Positions 37,055 to 47,354 of a stretch of DNA of 64,000 nt are shown piece after piece. The translations under genes were made by a program, and so were the position numbers. The stretch lies in the IMG/VR virus record IMGVR_UViG_3300039353_001106. One strand, written 5' to 3'. The stretch is from a virus. How positions within the stretch are numbered: position 1 is the first letter of the stretch; each line of letters starts with the position of its first letter. Under the pieces are notes generated by a model that saw nothing but the letters and a program-made list of their open reading frames with translations, did not search any database and was not told the DNA's origin.

Positions 37055-40036
37055 TTATTTTACAATTACCATATTTCTTTCGGCAATATTTTTATTACCA
37101 TTTGTATCTTCTACCTCGATGCTTATTTTATAGGCTCCGGGGTTTTTAAAGATATATGTTAACCACATATTATCATAATATATATCATCAAAATTCGGGT
37201 TAGTATCGTTATATATCCTCCACGTTGGTTTTCTCATTCCTGCCATTTGGCTTTTATCTAATGAAAACGTAATATGTGTCGACCTTTCTACCTCCGCACT
37301 TCCATTAATAATTTTAGAAGTATCGAATGTGGGGTTATAACCAACGTAATGAACTTCTCCTATTACATTTCCATTTGTTAAACTAACACTTTCAAAGTCA
37401 TACGTCTTTGAATATCCTTTACCAACACATAAGATAAATGGACATTCATCTACAATTCCAATAGGTGCACTATTATCTAAAAATAAAGGATTGAAATTAA
37501 ATTTATTTATGATAGGGTCTGTTGATTGATTCAACTCATCAACAATTAATTGCCAACCTGAAATATCATTACTACCCGTCGGAGTTGGAGATGTTATGGT
37601 ATGCGAACCAATTTCTATGTTTTTAGTTACTGGGTTTTTATGCGTTATTTTAAGAATTGATCCATTTTGAATAGCCTCTATTTTAAAACTTGGAGTCAAA
37701 TCTGGCCCAACTCTGGTAGCATTCCACCAATTATGTTCACCATCTACCCATCTTACTGGGTCCATTTCATCCCAAACATACGGTCCGGTAGTTTCTAAAT
37801 AACCAGTAGGGTTACTAATATCAGTGTCTTTAAATCTTCTAACCATTGAGAATCTTTTACCTTGGTCTTCATGGTGTAAATAATTTGCCCTATCCATAGT
37901 GAGATAAAGCTTTTCATAATTATTGTTTATTGTTTGTAGCGATTCAGTAGGTAGGTCCCAAATTCCGCCAGTTTGTCCCCATCCAGTCTTCCAGTCTGCC
38001 CATCTTTTATCTTCTTTCCACTGATATATGCCATACACCTCAACTGGTTTTACTTTGACATTTACAATATCATTTTTCTTATAATAGCTTACAACATTCT
38101 GTAAGTCATAAAGCCTTAGCTCAACAGAATAATCGCCAGCAAATGGAAGAACTAGTGCTATTTTTTGGAATTCAGGGTGCCATATTAATTCTTCAACCGA
38201 TGTTGTTATAGACTCCCAATATCCTATAGGTCCTCTCCACGTTTGTTCATATCCATTAGGCCCTGTAATTAGCCATTCTATTTCATAAATATCCTGTTTC
38301 CACCAATTATTCCAATCAATGTGTAATGGGTCTACAGTCGCTATCCATTGAGATCCATCCCATTTTACAAAACCATCAACAGGTCCCCATGGAAGGTTTG
38401 TAACAAACGCTACATCACCTGTATTTGGAGATACTATATTAAGATTAAGATCAGCATAGGTCATGCCAGAAAACTTATAAGTTCCAGCATCGTCCCATAC
38501 AAAGTTGGCGTCGTCCCATGCTTGATTTATTGTAGTACATTCTAAGGTTAAAGGACTTCCGACAGGAATGTCATGATATCCCTGTAAATTATTATTATGA
38601 GTATCCTTATTTATTATATAGTAGTTTTCATAAAAAGTTTCAAAATCTTCTAATAAAGTTTCACTATCTTTTTTATCTAGACCTAACGTATTTTGAGTAT
38701 ATAAATCTCCAAAACCAGAAATATCTATGGGTAAATATGTTGGGTTAGTATTCGTCTGATTAACAACATCGTCTATCAATATACTATTATTGGATATTAA
38801 AGAATAGTCCTCTATATAAAGCTGTCTACCTTCAGGAAGTACTCTAAAATCAACTTCTTTTCCTTCGTTAAAAACCGAAATAGGCTGTTGATTATTCCAT
38901 ACATTAAAATTCTTTTGGTCAAAAAAGTCTCCTTCTCCAACAATGTCTACTATTTTTGCATGTAACGGTAAATATCTTTCTTGTAGAATATTTTTAAGTC
39001 CGTATAATTTTATTAATACTTCTTCAGGAGTAAAGTCAAATGTTTCTTCTACTTCAGGAATATCCCAATAATCAAATTTACCAGTAGGTTCGTTTAGTTT
39101 ATAAACAAGAGAAAGTCTGCTTGTTTTTTTCATATTTGAAGAAGGTAAATTAATACTTTTCCTCTTTTTATATGAAAAACCCTTTGAAGTATCTAAAACT
39201 GGAATAGCTTTTAATTTTCCAAAGGTAGAAGACTCTTGATTAATATTTAACCAATATTCTTTAAGTGTTATATTATTATAACCGAAAAACTTAATAGCGT
39301 TTAGAACCGCCTTATAAGTCCCAACAAAGGGTTTTATATTACTTAATTCTAATAATAGCTCTTTTCTTTTTTGATTAATTAATTTCCAGTTTAAACCCTG
39401 TTCATCAATATCATGCTCTTTAAAAAACATAAAATCAGAATCTTTAAAAGAACCACCTAGGTTACCTAATAAAATTCTAAGTCTATCATCTTCTTTTTCT
39501 ATTTCTCCATAAAATTTTATGATAGCAACGACATGATCTTCTGAATCTTTTATTCTTAATGTTCTATAATGTGGTTTGTCATCAACTGAAGAAATTGCAA
39601 CATTTATTTGAAGTGCCTCATTTATATAATTAGTTACATTTTTAATATTAGTTGTAGGGTCTATTGAGTTTACAAATGTAGAAGGGTCCTCAACCTCTAA
39701 TTTTAGACTATCAATTTTTCTTATTTTAAAAACATCATTTTCTAAAAAACTATCATATAAAAAAATATCTCCGCTTGCCCATCTATCATCTACCCATTCA
39801 AATGTAAAATCATAAGTAGAAAGAGAGGTATTTTCAGTTGAAGGTTTACCAAAAACATGGTAACCTAAACCATCATTATTAAATTTTTCTAATATAAAAA
39901 GGTTTATAGATTCATATAAACCTGCTGAAACCTCTGGAATATGAACAACTCCTGACCATTTCTCAGTAGTTTCATCATAAGAAAGATTCAACTCATTTTC
40001 AACCCCATTAAAAAACTTTAAATGCGAATATTTCAT
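37055..40036 (-). CDS. Baseplate wedge protein, gp7-like (993 aa)
   Basis: FVGTYKAVLNAIKFFGY and YLPLHAKIVDI segments, Trp-rich repeats, C-terminal Ig/PKD-like domain; adjacent to gp6. Confidence 0.55.
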   Translation of the reverse strand: MKYSHLKFFNGVENELNLSYDETTEKWSGVVHIPEVSAGLYESINLFILEKFNNDGLGYHVFGKPSTENTSLSTYDFTFEWVDDRWASGDIFLYDSFLENDVFKIRKIDSLKLEVEDPSTFVNSIDPTTNIKNVTNYINEALQINVAISSVDDKPHYRTLRIKDSEDHVVAIIKFYGEIEKEDDRLRILLGNLGGSFKDSDFMFFKEHDIDEQGLNWKLINQKRKELLLELSNIKPFVGTYKAVLNAIKFFGYNNITLKEYWLNINQESSTFGKLKAIPVLDTSKGFSYKKRKSINLPSSNMKKTSRLSLVYKLNEPTGKFDYWDIPEVEETFDFTPEEVLIKLYGLKNILQERYLPLHAKIVDIVGEGDFFDQKNFNVWNNQQPISVFNEGKEVDFRVLPEGRQLYIEDYSLISNNSILIDDVVNQTNTNPTYLPIDISGFGDLYTQNTLGLDKKDSETLLEDFETFYENYYIINKDTHNNNLQGYHDIPVGSPLTLECTTINQAWDDANFVWDDAGTYKFSGMTYADLNLNIVSPNTGDVAFVTNLPWGPVDGFVKWDGSQWIATVDPLHIDWNNWWKQDIYEIEWLITGPNGYEQTWRGPIGYWESITTSVEELIWHPEFQKIALVLPFAGDYSVELRLYDLQNVVSYYKKNDIVNVKVKPVEVYGIYQWKEDKRWADWKTGWGQTGGIWDLPTESLQTINNNYEKLYLTMDRANYLHHEDQGKRFSMVRRFKDTDISNPTGYLETTGPYVWDEMDPVRWVDGEHNWWNATRVGPDLTPSFKIEAIQNGSILKITHKNPVTKNIEIGSHTITSPTPTGSNDISGWQLIVDELNQSTDPIINKFNFNPLFLDNSAPIGIVDECPFILCVGKGYSKTYDFESVSLTNGNVIGEVHYVGYNPTFDTSKIINGSAEVERSTHITFSLDKSQMAGMRKPTWRIYNDTNPNFDDIYYDNMWLTYIFKNPGAYKISIEVEDTNGNKNIAERNMVIVK

Positions 40037-40329
40037 TATCTTCTATTATTATCTTTTGGTTTAACTGTAAAATTTTTAAAATTATCAAAATATTTAACAT
40101 GTTCTATAATGTTAAAGAAATAATCTGTTAAAAATTCAACAAAATAAGAAACAACTACATTTCTGTAAATATGCTCTGATAACATATTTTCAAATATTAA
40201 ATCACTATAATCAAAACCAGTGTTTAAGCGTTCATCGTTCTTAGACTTATAAACATCATATCGTTTAATTCTCTTATATCGTTGTAGGTCTTTAAATAAA
40301 CCCTCTTCTAATTTTGGTGTATTGCTCAT
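40036..40329 (-). CDS. Hypothetical baseplate-associated protein (97 aa)
   Basis: Translationally coupled between gp6-like and gp7-like genes. Confidence 0.6.
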   Translation of the reverse strand: MSNTPKLEEGLFKDLQRYKRIKRYDVYKSKNDERLNTGFDYSDLIFENMLSEHIYRNVVVSYFVEFLTDYFFNIIEHVKYFDNFKNFTVKPKDNNRR

Positions 40330-42182
40330 ATCGCTCTTCTATTTCCTGCTTGTATTCTTGAAAAAACAGTGTTAGGTACTGGAGGGTTATCGAAATAAAC
40401 GGATAGTGAGGCCATCTCGCCTATTGTAGGCTCATCCTTGACTAAATCTCCATTTCTATCTTCCCAACCTCCTCTAAAAACTGCAACCTCTTGTTTGTCT
40501 AAAATAATATCTCCATATTTATCTAAACCTATTTTGTTATACCAGTCCTCTATAGCTTTATCACCACCACTAATTGGTATCAACATGTCTGGGTTTGTTA
40601 ATAAAACTTTCTTTTCCTCTACAATTCTTTTAAAGAATACTAATCTTTTTTGTTCTCCTTCTCCTCCTTCTAATTCGGGTGTTGTAGGAACGGTAGTTAC
40701 TTGATTGTAAGTATAGTAACCGTCTCTTCTTGCCTGTTCTTCTACACTTGAAACAAATTGAATATTTACGGCATCTACTCCTTCAACTGTTTCTAAAAGA
40801 GCAATTAAATCACTCTTAGGTAACTTGTCTCTTCTTATTATATTTGTTAAATAATTACTTATTTTGCTTCTAATATCGTTAAATACTTCCTCCTGTTTAA
40901 ACCCTTCAAAATATCGTATAGACACATCCATCCTGTATTTAACTGCCTCAGGTTTAACGAAAATAGCCTCACTTGTAACCATCTGTCTTCCACTATCTTC
41001 TATAACTCCTAACATTCTATCAGTTTCATCTTTTCCAAAAAAGAACTCGCTTTCATCTAGTGAGAAATAATCTGTCCCTTTTAATAGTCTTTTATTCAAA
41101 TCTGGAATTGCAAAAATATACATTACGTTATCATCATCTAAATACCCATCATCAGTTGTATTGTAAACATCTAAATAACTAAATTGCGAATATCTACTTA
41201 AAAAATATTCATAGCTTTCTGGGTTTGCTAACACATAACTCCTACTTGAAACAGGTGTCATCATTTTTGTAAATTCCGGGTTTTCTGCATCTGCTCCCAT
41301 AAACGGGGCTACTGTAACTTCTCCAATTAACAATTCATTTAGGTCATGTGTTTCTTCCATAGAGTCTCTACCCTCGTCAACCCACTTAAATGTTAAATCT
41401 CCTGACTGGTTTAAATTACCCTGTCCACCTTCACATTTAATATATGTAACTTCAATGACCGCTCCAGGAGTTGGAATTACTCCAAAGTTACTTGTCCCAA
41501 AATAAATATCTAAACCTCCTGAAATTCCAGTTTTTAAAACATAACCTTTAGAAGTATCTAACATATCATATAATGATTCGTATTTAGTCCACTTTTCACC
41601 ATTAATAGTAACTGAAACTAGGGAATGGTCTGTTGTTCCTCCTGTTTGTATATTAAAACTTTGAAAACTTTCTCCACTTCCCGTAAGTGTTTGTGATTCT
41701 TGCTTTCCTTGTATTATATTAGCCCTCATCCATTGCTTAGAACCTTTAGGCAATAAAAACTGATCTTTATTTGTTTGTAAAAAATATTTTAGTCCATTAT
41801 TTTCAAACTGAAGTACAGCATTAGGTTCTATTATTAAATTATTACCAGCAACATCATCTCCCTCGCCAGGTTTCCACCTAAACCGTATTTCACCAGTTGC
41901 TGCAAATCCTCTGGTCGCGTCATGTCCTGTAAGTCTTGATAAACCATATATAGATTCAGGTTGCTGAGCAGTATAGATATTTTGTTCTACCGTAACATCC
42001 TCTATATAGAACATTATTAATTCTCCTATGTACGACATAACCTCTAATATCTGTGAATATGGAGAGGCAGCTGTAAAAAAGTTATTTGATCGCTTATATA
42101 CTCTCGACAAGTATGTTCTAGAGTCTTCAAATATTTGTTTACCTGTTATCCTAGCAGAATCTAAAAAATTAAAACTAGCCAT
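40326..42182 (-). CDS. gp6: Baseplate wedge protein gp6 (baseplate J-like)
   Basis: AQQPESIYGLSRLTGH, IYFGTSNFGVIP, GGADxE-like (GADAE), DYE-like (ESYEY) motifs. Confidence 0.85.
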   Translation of the reverse strand: MASFNFLDSARITGKQIFEDSRTYLSRVYKRSNNFFTAASPYSQILEVMSYIGELIMFYIEDVTVEQNIYTAQQPESIYGLSRLTGHDATRGFAATGEIRFRWKPGEGDDVAGNNLIIEPNAVLQFENNGLKYFLQTNKDQFLLPKGSKQWMRANIIQGKQESQTLTGSGESFQSFNIQTGGTTDHSLVSVTINGEKWTKYESLYDMLDTSKGYVLKTGISGGLDIYFGTSNFGVIPTPGAVIEVTYIKCEGGQGNLNQSGDLTFKWVDEGRDSMEETHDLNELLIGEVTVAPFMGADAENPEFTKMMTPVSSRSYVLANPESYEYFLSRYSQFSYLDVYNTTDDGYLDDDNVMYIFAIPDLNKRLLKGTDYFSLDESEFFFGKDETDRMLGVIEDSGRQMVTSEAIFVKPEAVKYRMDVSIRYFEGFKQEEVFNDIRSKISNYLTNIIRRDKLPKSDLIALLETVEGVDAVNIQFVSSVEEQARRDGYYTYNQVTTVPTTPELEGGEGEQKRLVFFKRIVEEKKVLLTNPDMLIPISGGDKAIEDWYNKIGLDKYGDIILDKQEVAVFRGGWEDRNGDLVKDEPTIGEMASLSVYFDNPPVPNTVFSRIQAGNRRAI

Positions 42183-42188
42183 TTATTT

Positions 42189-42545
42189 TTATTCTATTTT
42201 TACACCAACTGCATATCTGTTATCTATTGTCAAAGATAAAACAGCAGCGTCTCTATATTCTCCTTTTGAGAATTCTATATCGACATCCACGCTGTATTTA
42301 CCAGCTAACGGACAATAATCTCTAAGTTGGTCGTTAATTATTCTTTTTATTTCATATTCATTAAAATTAAAACTATATATTAGATCTTCTAAATTTACTC
42401 CAAAACCAGGCTGTCCTAAAACAGATTGTTTATTTGTAAACAAAATAGTCTCTAATTGAGTAATTAATTGTTGAATCTCATTTTCGGTATCAACCGATAA
42501 CGGATCAAAATTAGGGTCCTCTCCTGTTTTAATATATAGTTCCAT
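42189..42545 (-). CDS. gp25: Baseplate protein gp25 (sheath initiator)
   Basis: QLETILFTNK...QPGFGVNLEDLIY...LRDYCP pattern; 118 aa next to gp6. Confidence 0.85.
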   Translation of the reverse strand: MELYIKTGEDPNFDPLSVDTENEIQQLITQLETILFTNKQSVLGQPGFGVNLEDLIYSFNFNEYEIKRIINDQLRDYCPLAGKYSVDVDIEFSKGEYRDAAVLSLTIDNRYAVGVKIE

Positions 42546-42549
42546 TAAT

Positions 42550-42557
42550 TATTTATC
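42550..42557 (-). promoter_or_regulatory. Late-promoter-like motif GATAAATA
   Basis: GATAAATA-ATTA-ATG. Confidence 0.6.
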
Positions 42558-42564
42558 ACATTTT

Positions 42565-43428
42565 TTAGGAGTGCATCATCCAATCGACGCCTTCATCTCC
42601 TTTTATTTCTTCTAATATTTTATCCATTTCCTCAGTACCCATGTCTCTAATTCCATCATAATCTATTTCAACACCACCCGGTAAAGAGAATTTAAAGACA
42701 GAAAGTTTTGAACCTACTGAAATTTTTACTTTAGCACAAACGTATCTAAAGAAAATCTCATCTTCAAATAGCGCGCAATTTTCAATACTCTCATAACATT
42801 CTAAAATTACATCTCCTTTAGGAGTATCTCCCATAAACTTAAGTCTACCGGTTAATTGAGAATAACTGTACGATATTGGGTTTTCTAATATTTGTCGAGC
42901 AAGATCAAAATAGCTTTGATTAATTACATAATATTGTAGGTCTTCTGCTCCTTCTGCCGGCCCCATTCCATCGAATGAATTTCTAAATAACATTTTTTCT
43001 ATTGAAAAATCAGAACCTCCTTGAAACCTGTGGTCTAACCCTCCTGCTGCACTATTCCAACCTGATAAAAGGTCATAAACTCCATATACTGAAAATATTT
43101 CACCAGCTCCGGTGATAGGGTTTTCCTTTGGAAAATGTAAACACCTGTCTTGTTTAAATTCGGGTGTTTTAAAAACGCTATTAGGGATGTGAACATAATT
43201 TTCTACAACAGCATATTCATAATTTTTTCTGAACCATTTAATAGCTCTTTTAATAATATTTTCCACCTCTGGTCTTGGTAAGTTTAAAGGAACCATACAT
43301 GCTCCTGTTATTTCAGAACCTACTTCATTAATAAATGAGTCATAACACTCTTTTTCATACTTTCTTTTCTCGTTGTTAAAGCCCATATTATAAGGTTCTT
43401 GACCTCCCATACTTCTTATGTCACTCAT
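42565..43428 (-). CDS. gp13: Neck protein (T4 gp13-like)
   Basis: IIKRAIKWF..NY, YVCAKVKI..G.KLS.F..SLPGGVEIDYD C-terminal signature. Confidence 0.8.
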   Translation of the reverse strand: MSDIRSMGGQEPYNMGFNNEKRKYEKECYDSFINEVGSEITGACMVPLNLPRPEVENIIKRAIKWFRKNYEYAVVENYVHIPNSVFKTPEFKQDRCLHFPKENPITGAGEIFSVYGVYDLLSGWNSAAGGLDHRFQGGSDFSIEKMLFRNSFDGMGPAEGAEDLQYYVINQSYFDLARQILENPISYSYSQLTGRLKFMGDTPKGDVILECYESIENCALFEDEIFFRYVCAKVKISVGSKLSVFKFSLPGGVEIDYDGIRDMGTEEMDKILEEIKGDEGVDWMMHS

Positions 43429-43430
43429 AA

Positions 43431-44744
43431 TTATTTTATTTTTTTACTTTGTACTATTTCAACGTTATCAAATGTCGCTTCTTTTCCTATTTTCCCATGT
43501 CTAAATATACCTCCGATCATTTTACCTTTAAACACTGAGTCCCAGGCCATAACATAACTGTTTTTAACTTCAACGCTGTGGTTTATATAGCATGCGTCTA
43601 TTTTTGAATCTATTGCAGAAGTTCCCTGGTATAGGTTACATCGGGTTAGATATGTAGATTCTAATTGACTTCTAAAAAAATCACAAAAACTTAATAGACC
43701 TCCTACTTTACAGTCTATAAAATCATAATTTTCTAAATTGAAACATAATAAAAGTTCTCCCTCTTTAACTTGCACTCTACCAATATCACTATCATAATTA
43801 ATTACCCCGGACTCTAAACCACCATGTGTTAAAAGCCTTACAACGCCTTGTTTAATTTTAGGCCATTGCAAATCAATTATTTTTTCATTGTTTTTTAAAT
43901 CAACAAAAAGATCTATATCTTTAAAGTGTTTTTTAATATTTCTCCAGTCTTTTAAAATCTCTACAAATTTAAAATTTCTAGCAAGGATCTTTTTTAACTC
44001 TACCAAGTTTAAATCTGTATACTCTTCTTCGTTTGCAGCATACCATAATTGAACAAAAAACCTATCTAGCAAATAAAGTATATTGGACGTCTTTTTTTCA
44101 TAGTCCTTTCCACCAAGGTATCTAAATTCTAAATAACCCTTCTGTAGTTTTTCAAAATTAACACCATAATATTTCTCTTTTCCAAAATCAAAAATATGCG
44201 GGTTAACATGCTGCCCGTTAAAATAATTAGCCTCCGTTCTGGGCATTATCCACTTAATAGACTTCGCATATACACTATTTTTTCTATTTGGAAATAGTTT
44301 ATAAACCTCTCCTTCATTAAAATTTAAAACAAATTTTAACGGGTCCATTTGTGAAATAAGACCGGGTTTTTGTGTTAGCTCAGTATCAAAAGAAACGTTT
44401 AAATGAATAGAGCATTTAGATGTTGTATATCCATTTTCCTCTATCCATTTTAAAACATCTATAATAACCTTTCTAGAAGATTTATATTTTACAGGCCCTG
44501 TAACTAACTCTAAAAGTCCGGCACCTCCACTCATATCTTTTTCTAGTTTCCATTCTTTATCTGTTGGAACAAAATCACTATGCGCCTCGTCTTCAACTCT
44601 TATTTTCTTATCAGTAAGTTTTTCAAAAGCCTTTCCGGTTTTTTCAGGAGATAGGTTCGAGTAAAACTCAAACTCTATTCCTACAAGTCCATAAGACAGA
44701 ATCTCTTCTTTAGTATTTTCTTTAATAGATTGATATGTTAACAT
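43431..44744 (-). CDS. Putative amidoligase (COOH-NH2 ligase fold) with C-terminal beta-helix-like repeats
   Basis: GIEFEF, WKLEKDMS, LELVTGP, CSIHLNVS, KYYGVN, LEFRYLGG. Confidence 0.8.
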   Translation of the reverse strand: MLTYQSIKENTKEEILSYGLVGIEFEFYSNLSPEKTGKAFEKLTDKKIRVEDEAHSDFVPTDKEWKLEKDMSGGAGLLELVTGPVKYKSSRKVIIDVLKWIEENGYTTSKCSIHLNVSFDTELTQKPGLISQMDPLKFVLNFNEGEVYKLFPNRKNSVYAKSIKWIMPRTEANYFNGQHVNPHIFDFGKEKYYGVNFEKLQKGYLEFRYLGGKDYEKKTSNILYLLDRFFVQLWYAANEEEYTDLNLVELKKILARNFKFVEILKDWRNIKKHFKDIDLFVDLKNNEKIIDLQWPKIKQGVVRLLTHGGLESGVINYDSDIGRVQVKEGELLLCFNLENYDFIDCKVGGLLSFCDFFRSQLESTYLTRCNLYQGTSAIDSKIDACYINHSVEVKNSYVMAWDSVFKGKMIGGIFRHGKIGKEATFDNVEIVQSKKIK

Positions 44745-44767
44745 GCGATATTAAAACTTAATTTCTT

Positions 44768-44775
44768 TATATATC
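44768..44775 (-). promoter_or_regulatory. Late-promoter-like motif GATATATA
   Basis: 23 nt upstream of ATG at 44744; overlaps the S1 gene stop. Confidence 0.6.
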
Positions 44776-45991
44776 ACGTATTATTATAATCTATTTTTTT
44801 AAGTTTTAAGAATACTTTTTTAGTTTCAGATTCTATTCTGGTTATCGTGACCTCTATGTTATCTTTTGGCTTATACTTTTTAATATTTTCTTCGCCAACT
44901 TCACTAACATGTAATAAACCAACAACACCTTGTTCTATCTCAATAAAAAGTCCATATTCTTTACAAGATTTGACAACTGCTTCTACAGTTGATGGAACTT
45001 TATATTTTTTATGAATATCAAACCAAGGGTTAACAACGACATCATCCCTTTGGGTTAATGTTATTTTAGTATCAGAAACTATATCTTTAACCTTAAATTT
45101 AATTTCATCTCCAGGTTTAATTTCTCTATTTTTATGCATTGCTAAATGGTCTCCATCCAAATCGTTTACATGTATCATTCCAGTAAGACATTGATTAAAT
45201 TCACAGAATACTCCATATTTGGCGCTACCAGTAACGAACCCTGTTATTTCCTCTTCGTGGTTTTCTTTAAGGCTTTCAATAGCCGCAGGAATTAAAGTTT
45301 TTAAATAAGCCCTGTGCGAAACTACGATCGTGCCTCTTTCTTTTGAATAACTAACGGGTACGACATACATTTCTGAATTTAAAACACTTTCAAAATTATG
45401 TAGCTTATTTATACCAGCAAGGCTTCCTGGCATAAAACAATTTATACCTTTAATGTTAATCATATATCCAGCCTCTTCCATCATTTTAGTAACTACACCA
45501 ACCCATGCTGTATCTTGGGTTTCTATCGTATTGTGCAACTCTGTAAATGTTTGTTGTCTCATCCCCTCAGAGATAGAACCTGTAATATGTCTACTATCAT
45601 TTTCAAGATCAGAAGTTATAATAACCGAAGCCTCTTCTCCAGGTTTAAGATTTCTATATTCAACATCCTCCTTTTCTAAGTTTACAAATATAAGTTGTCT
45701 GTATCCTATATCAAGTGTCATTGTTTTATCATTTACTGAATAAACTTTACCAGAATAACTTTGGCCATAAGTGATGTGAGTAATTTTATCAAACTCCTCC
45801 ATGTGCCCAATAAGCTTATTGTACATTTCCTGTGCATAGGGTTCTCTACAAAATACGCGATGGTTTGGGTCTTTTACTTTAACGTGGGGGTTTGGTTTTC
45901 TTAGAACTTTTGGACAGGTTGCTTCATAACCTTCCCAATCGAAATTACCTTTTGAATCGAAGAAGTCTTCGTTTGATTTTAATTCAATCAT
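44774..45991 (-). CDS. rpsA: Ribosomal protein bS1 homolog, four S1 domains
   Basis: CFMPGS, VVSHRA, YGVFCE..GMIHVNDL, NPW, YGLFIE..GLLHVSEV; N-terminal FDWEGYE like Bacteroidota bS1. Confidence 0.85.
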   Translation of the reverse strand: MIELKSNEDFFDSKGNFDWEGYEATCPKVLRKPNPHVKVKDPNHRVFCREPYAQEMYNKLIGHMEEFDKITHITYGQSYSGKVYSVNDKTMTLDIGYRQLIFVNLEKEDVEYRNLKPGEEASVIITSDLENDSRHITGSISEGMRQQTFTELHNTIETQDTAWVGVVTKMMEEAGYMINIKGINCFMPGSLAGINKLHNFESVLNSEMYVVPVSYSKERGTIVVSHRAYLKTLIPAAIESLKENHEEEITGFVTGSAKYGVFCEFNQCLTGMIHVNDLDGDHLAMHKNREIKPGDEIKFKVKDIVSDTKITLTQRDDVVVNPWFDIHKKYKVPSTVEAVVKSCKEYGLFIEIEQGVVGLLHVSEVGEENIKKYKPKDNIEVTITRIESETKKVFLKLKKIDYNNT

Positions 45992-46017
45992 TTTTATTTT
46001 TTTAAGTGTTAATAAGT

Positions 46018-46025
46018 TATATATC
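46018..46025 (-). promoter_or_regulatory. Late-promoter-like motif GATATATA
   Basis: 26 nt upstream of the bS1 start. Confidence 0.6.
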
Positions 46026-46061
46026 TTTTTAAATAGGGTATTATATTATATTATTATGTTA

Positions 46062-46565
46062 TTATGAAATATCAATTTCAGGTGGCTTTTCTATTCCGAC
46101 AACCTGTATTGTTTCAGTAGTAAAATGTATTTCAGTAGCATTCGTGTAGCCTGCACAATTAATAGCTGCTACAGGAATTTCTATATTAATTTCCGCTTTT
46201 TTGATTTGATTATTAATAATAATTGAAAGCTCTAACATAACGTCATCTTTTAACCAGTTTGTAAGCTGTTTAGAAATTTCTTTTGACATTTCATCAGAGT
46301 GTTTTTTCCAAACCTTTTTCTTTATCTCATCTGGATCCATTCCTGGTGCTGAAACATTCTTTTTAACCCACTCTTCCATTTCTTTATTTACTTTATATAA
46401 ACCAGCAGGGGGAGATATTAATTCTTCATTTTTAAAATCATTTGTTAAAAAATCTTCGTTTCTTATTGTAGATAGCCCGCCTTCTAACCTTTCTTTTAAT
46501 AATGGTTCTTTAAGCGTAATTAGCGCCTGTAATGTCTCGTTTAATATTATGTTACTTAATGCCAT
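46062..46565 (-). CDS. Hypothetical protein (167 aa)
   Basis: ORF directly downstream of the spike gene. Confidence 0.7.
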   Translation of the reverse strand: MALSNIILNETLQALITLKEPLLKERLEGGLSTIRNEDFLTNDFKNEELISPPAGLYKVNKEMEEWVKKNVSAPGMDPDEIKKKVWKKHSDEMSKEISKQLTNWLKDDVMLELSIIINNQIKKAEINIEIPVAAINCAGYTNATEIHFTTETIQVVGIEKPPEIDIS

Positions 46566-46574
46566 ATCTTTATT

Positions 46575-47333
46575 TTATTGTGTTTTACTTACTTGACTTA
46601 ACTCCTGTCCTGTTAAAGGAACTATAGGTGGTGAAGTTGGCAAACCAAAACCTATCGCAGTATGGGTATGTGTATTAAATAACGCCTGAAATATATTTCC
46701 TTTTATCAATTGCTGGGCTGCCATCTCACCTAACTCTACTGCAGGACTATTAACATGAACTTTATTTGCTATTATTTCTACATCAGCAGGAGTTTCTACT
46801 GTAATATCAGATTCTGAATTTATATAAATAGTATCCGTTGCTTTTATTTCTACTTGATTCTCAGTATAAAGATAAATTTTATCTGCTGAATCTAATTGAA
46901 TAAGAGGAGATTCTTGGTCTCCGGAACCTGTTGTAATTACTAGCCCATTTTCAGGACTCCAATACGCTCTTAAATTTCTTACAGAATCATATACAAGAGA
47001 AATAACATTTTGTGGTTCTCCACTAGATTCTAAAATATCTGCTTTTAAATCATCGTTTTGATTTACTTGAAATTCATACTCTGGATGGTATATGTCTCCG
47101 TTATCAAACCTTATTGAAACAATATCTCCTATTCTAGGAACAGCATGGGAACCTGGTAACATTCTGTTTTGAGGAGTAGCCCATGGAATATTTTCTGTAG
47201 ATATATTATCAAACTTACCAAATACTTTAATTTTACATCTTCCATTTAAAAGAGGGTCTTCGTTATCCATGACCTCTCCTAACCAGTGAGTATCCCTTAT
47301 GTTATCATTATAGATTTCTTTAATGTCTTTCAT
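46575..47333 (-). CDS. gp5: Baseplate central spike, gp5-like OB-fold plus beta-helix, no lysozyme domain
   Basis: WLGEVMDNEDPLLNGRCKIKVFG, IPWATP, PRIGDIV; beta-helix repeats; C-terminal HTH (His-x-His) tip motif. Confidence 0.8.
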   Translation of the reverse strand: MKDIKEIYNDNIRDTHWLGEVMDNEDPLLNGRCKIKVFGKFDNISTENIPWATPQNRMLPGSHAVPRIGDIVSIRFDNGDIYHPEYEFQVNQNDDLKADILESSGEPQNVISLVYDSVRNLRAYWSPENGLVITTGSGDQESPLIQLDSADKIYLYTENQVEIKATDTIYINSESDITVETPADVEIIANKVHVNSPAVELGEMAAQQLIKGNIFQALFNTHTHTAIGFGLPTSPPIVPLTGQELSQVSKTQ

Positions 47334-47342
47334 AATATAATA

Positions 47343-47350
47343 TATTTATC
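47343..47350 (-). promoter_or_regulatory. Late-promoter-like motif GATAAATA
   Basis: 9 nt upstream of ATG at 47333. Confidence 0.6.
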
Positions 47351-47354
47351 TGTT

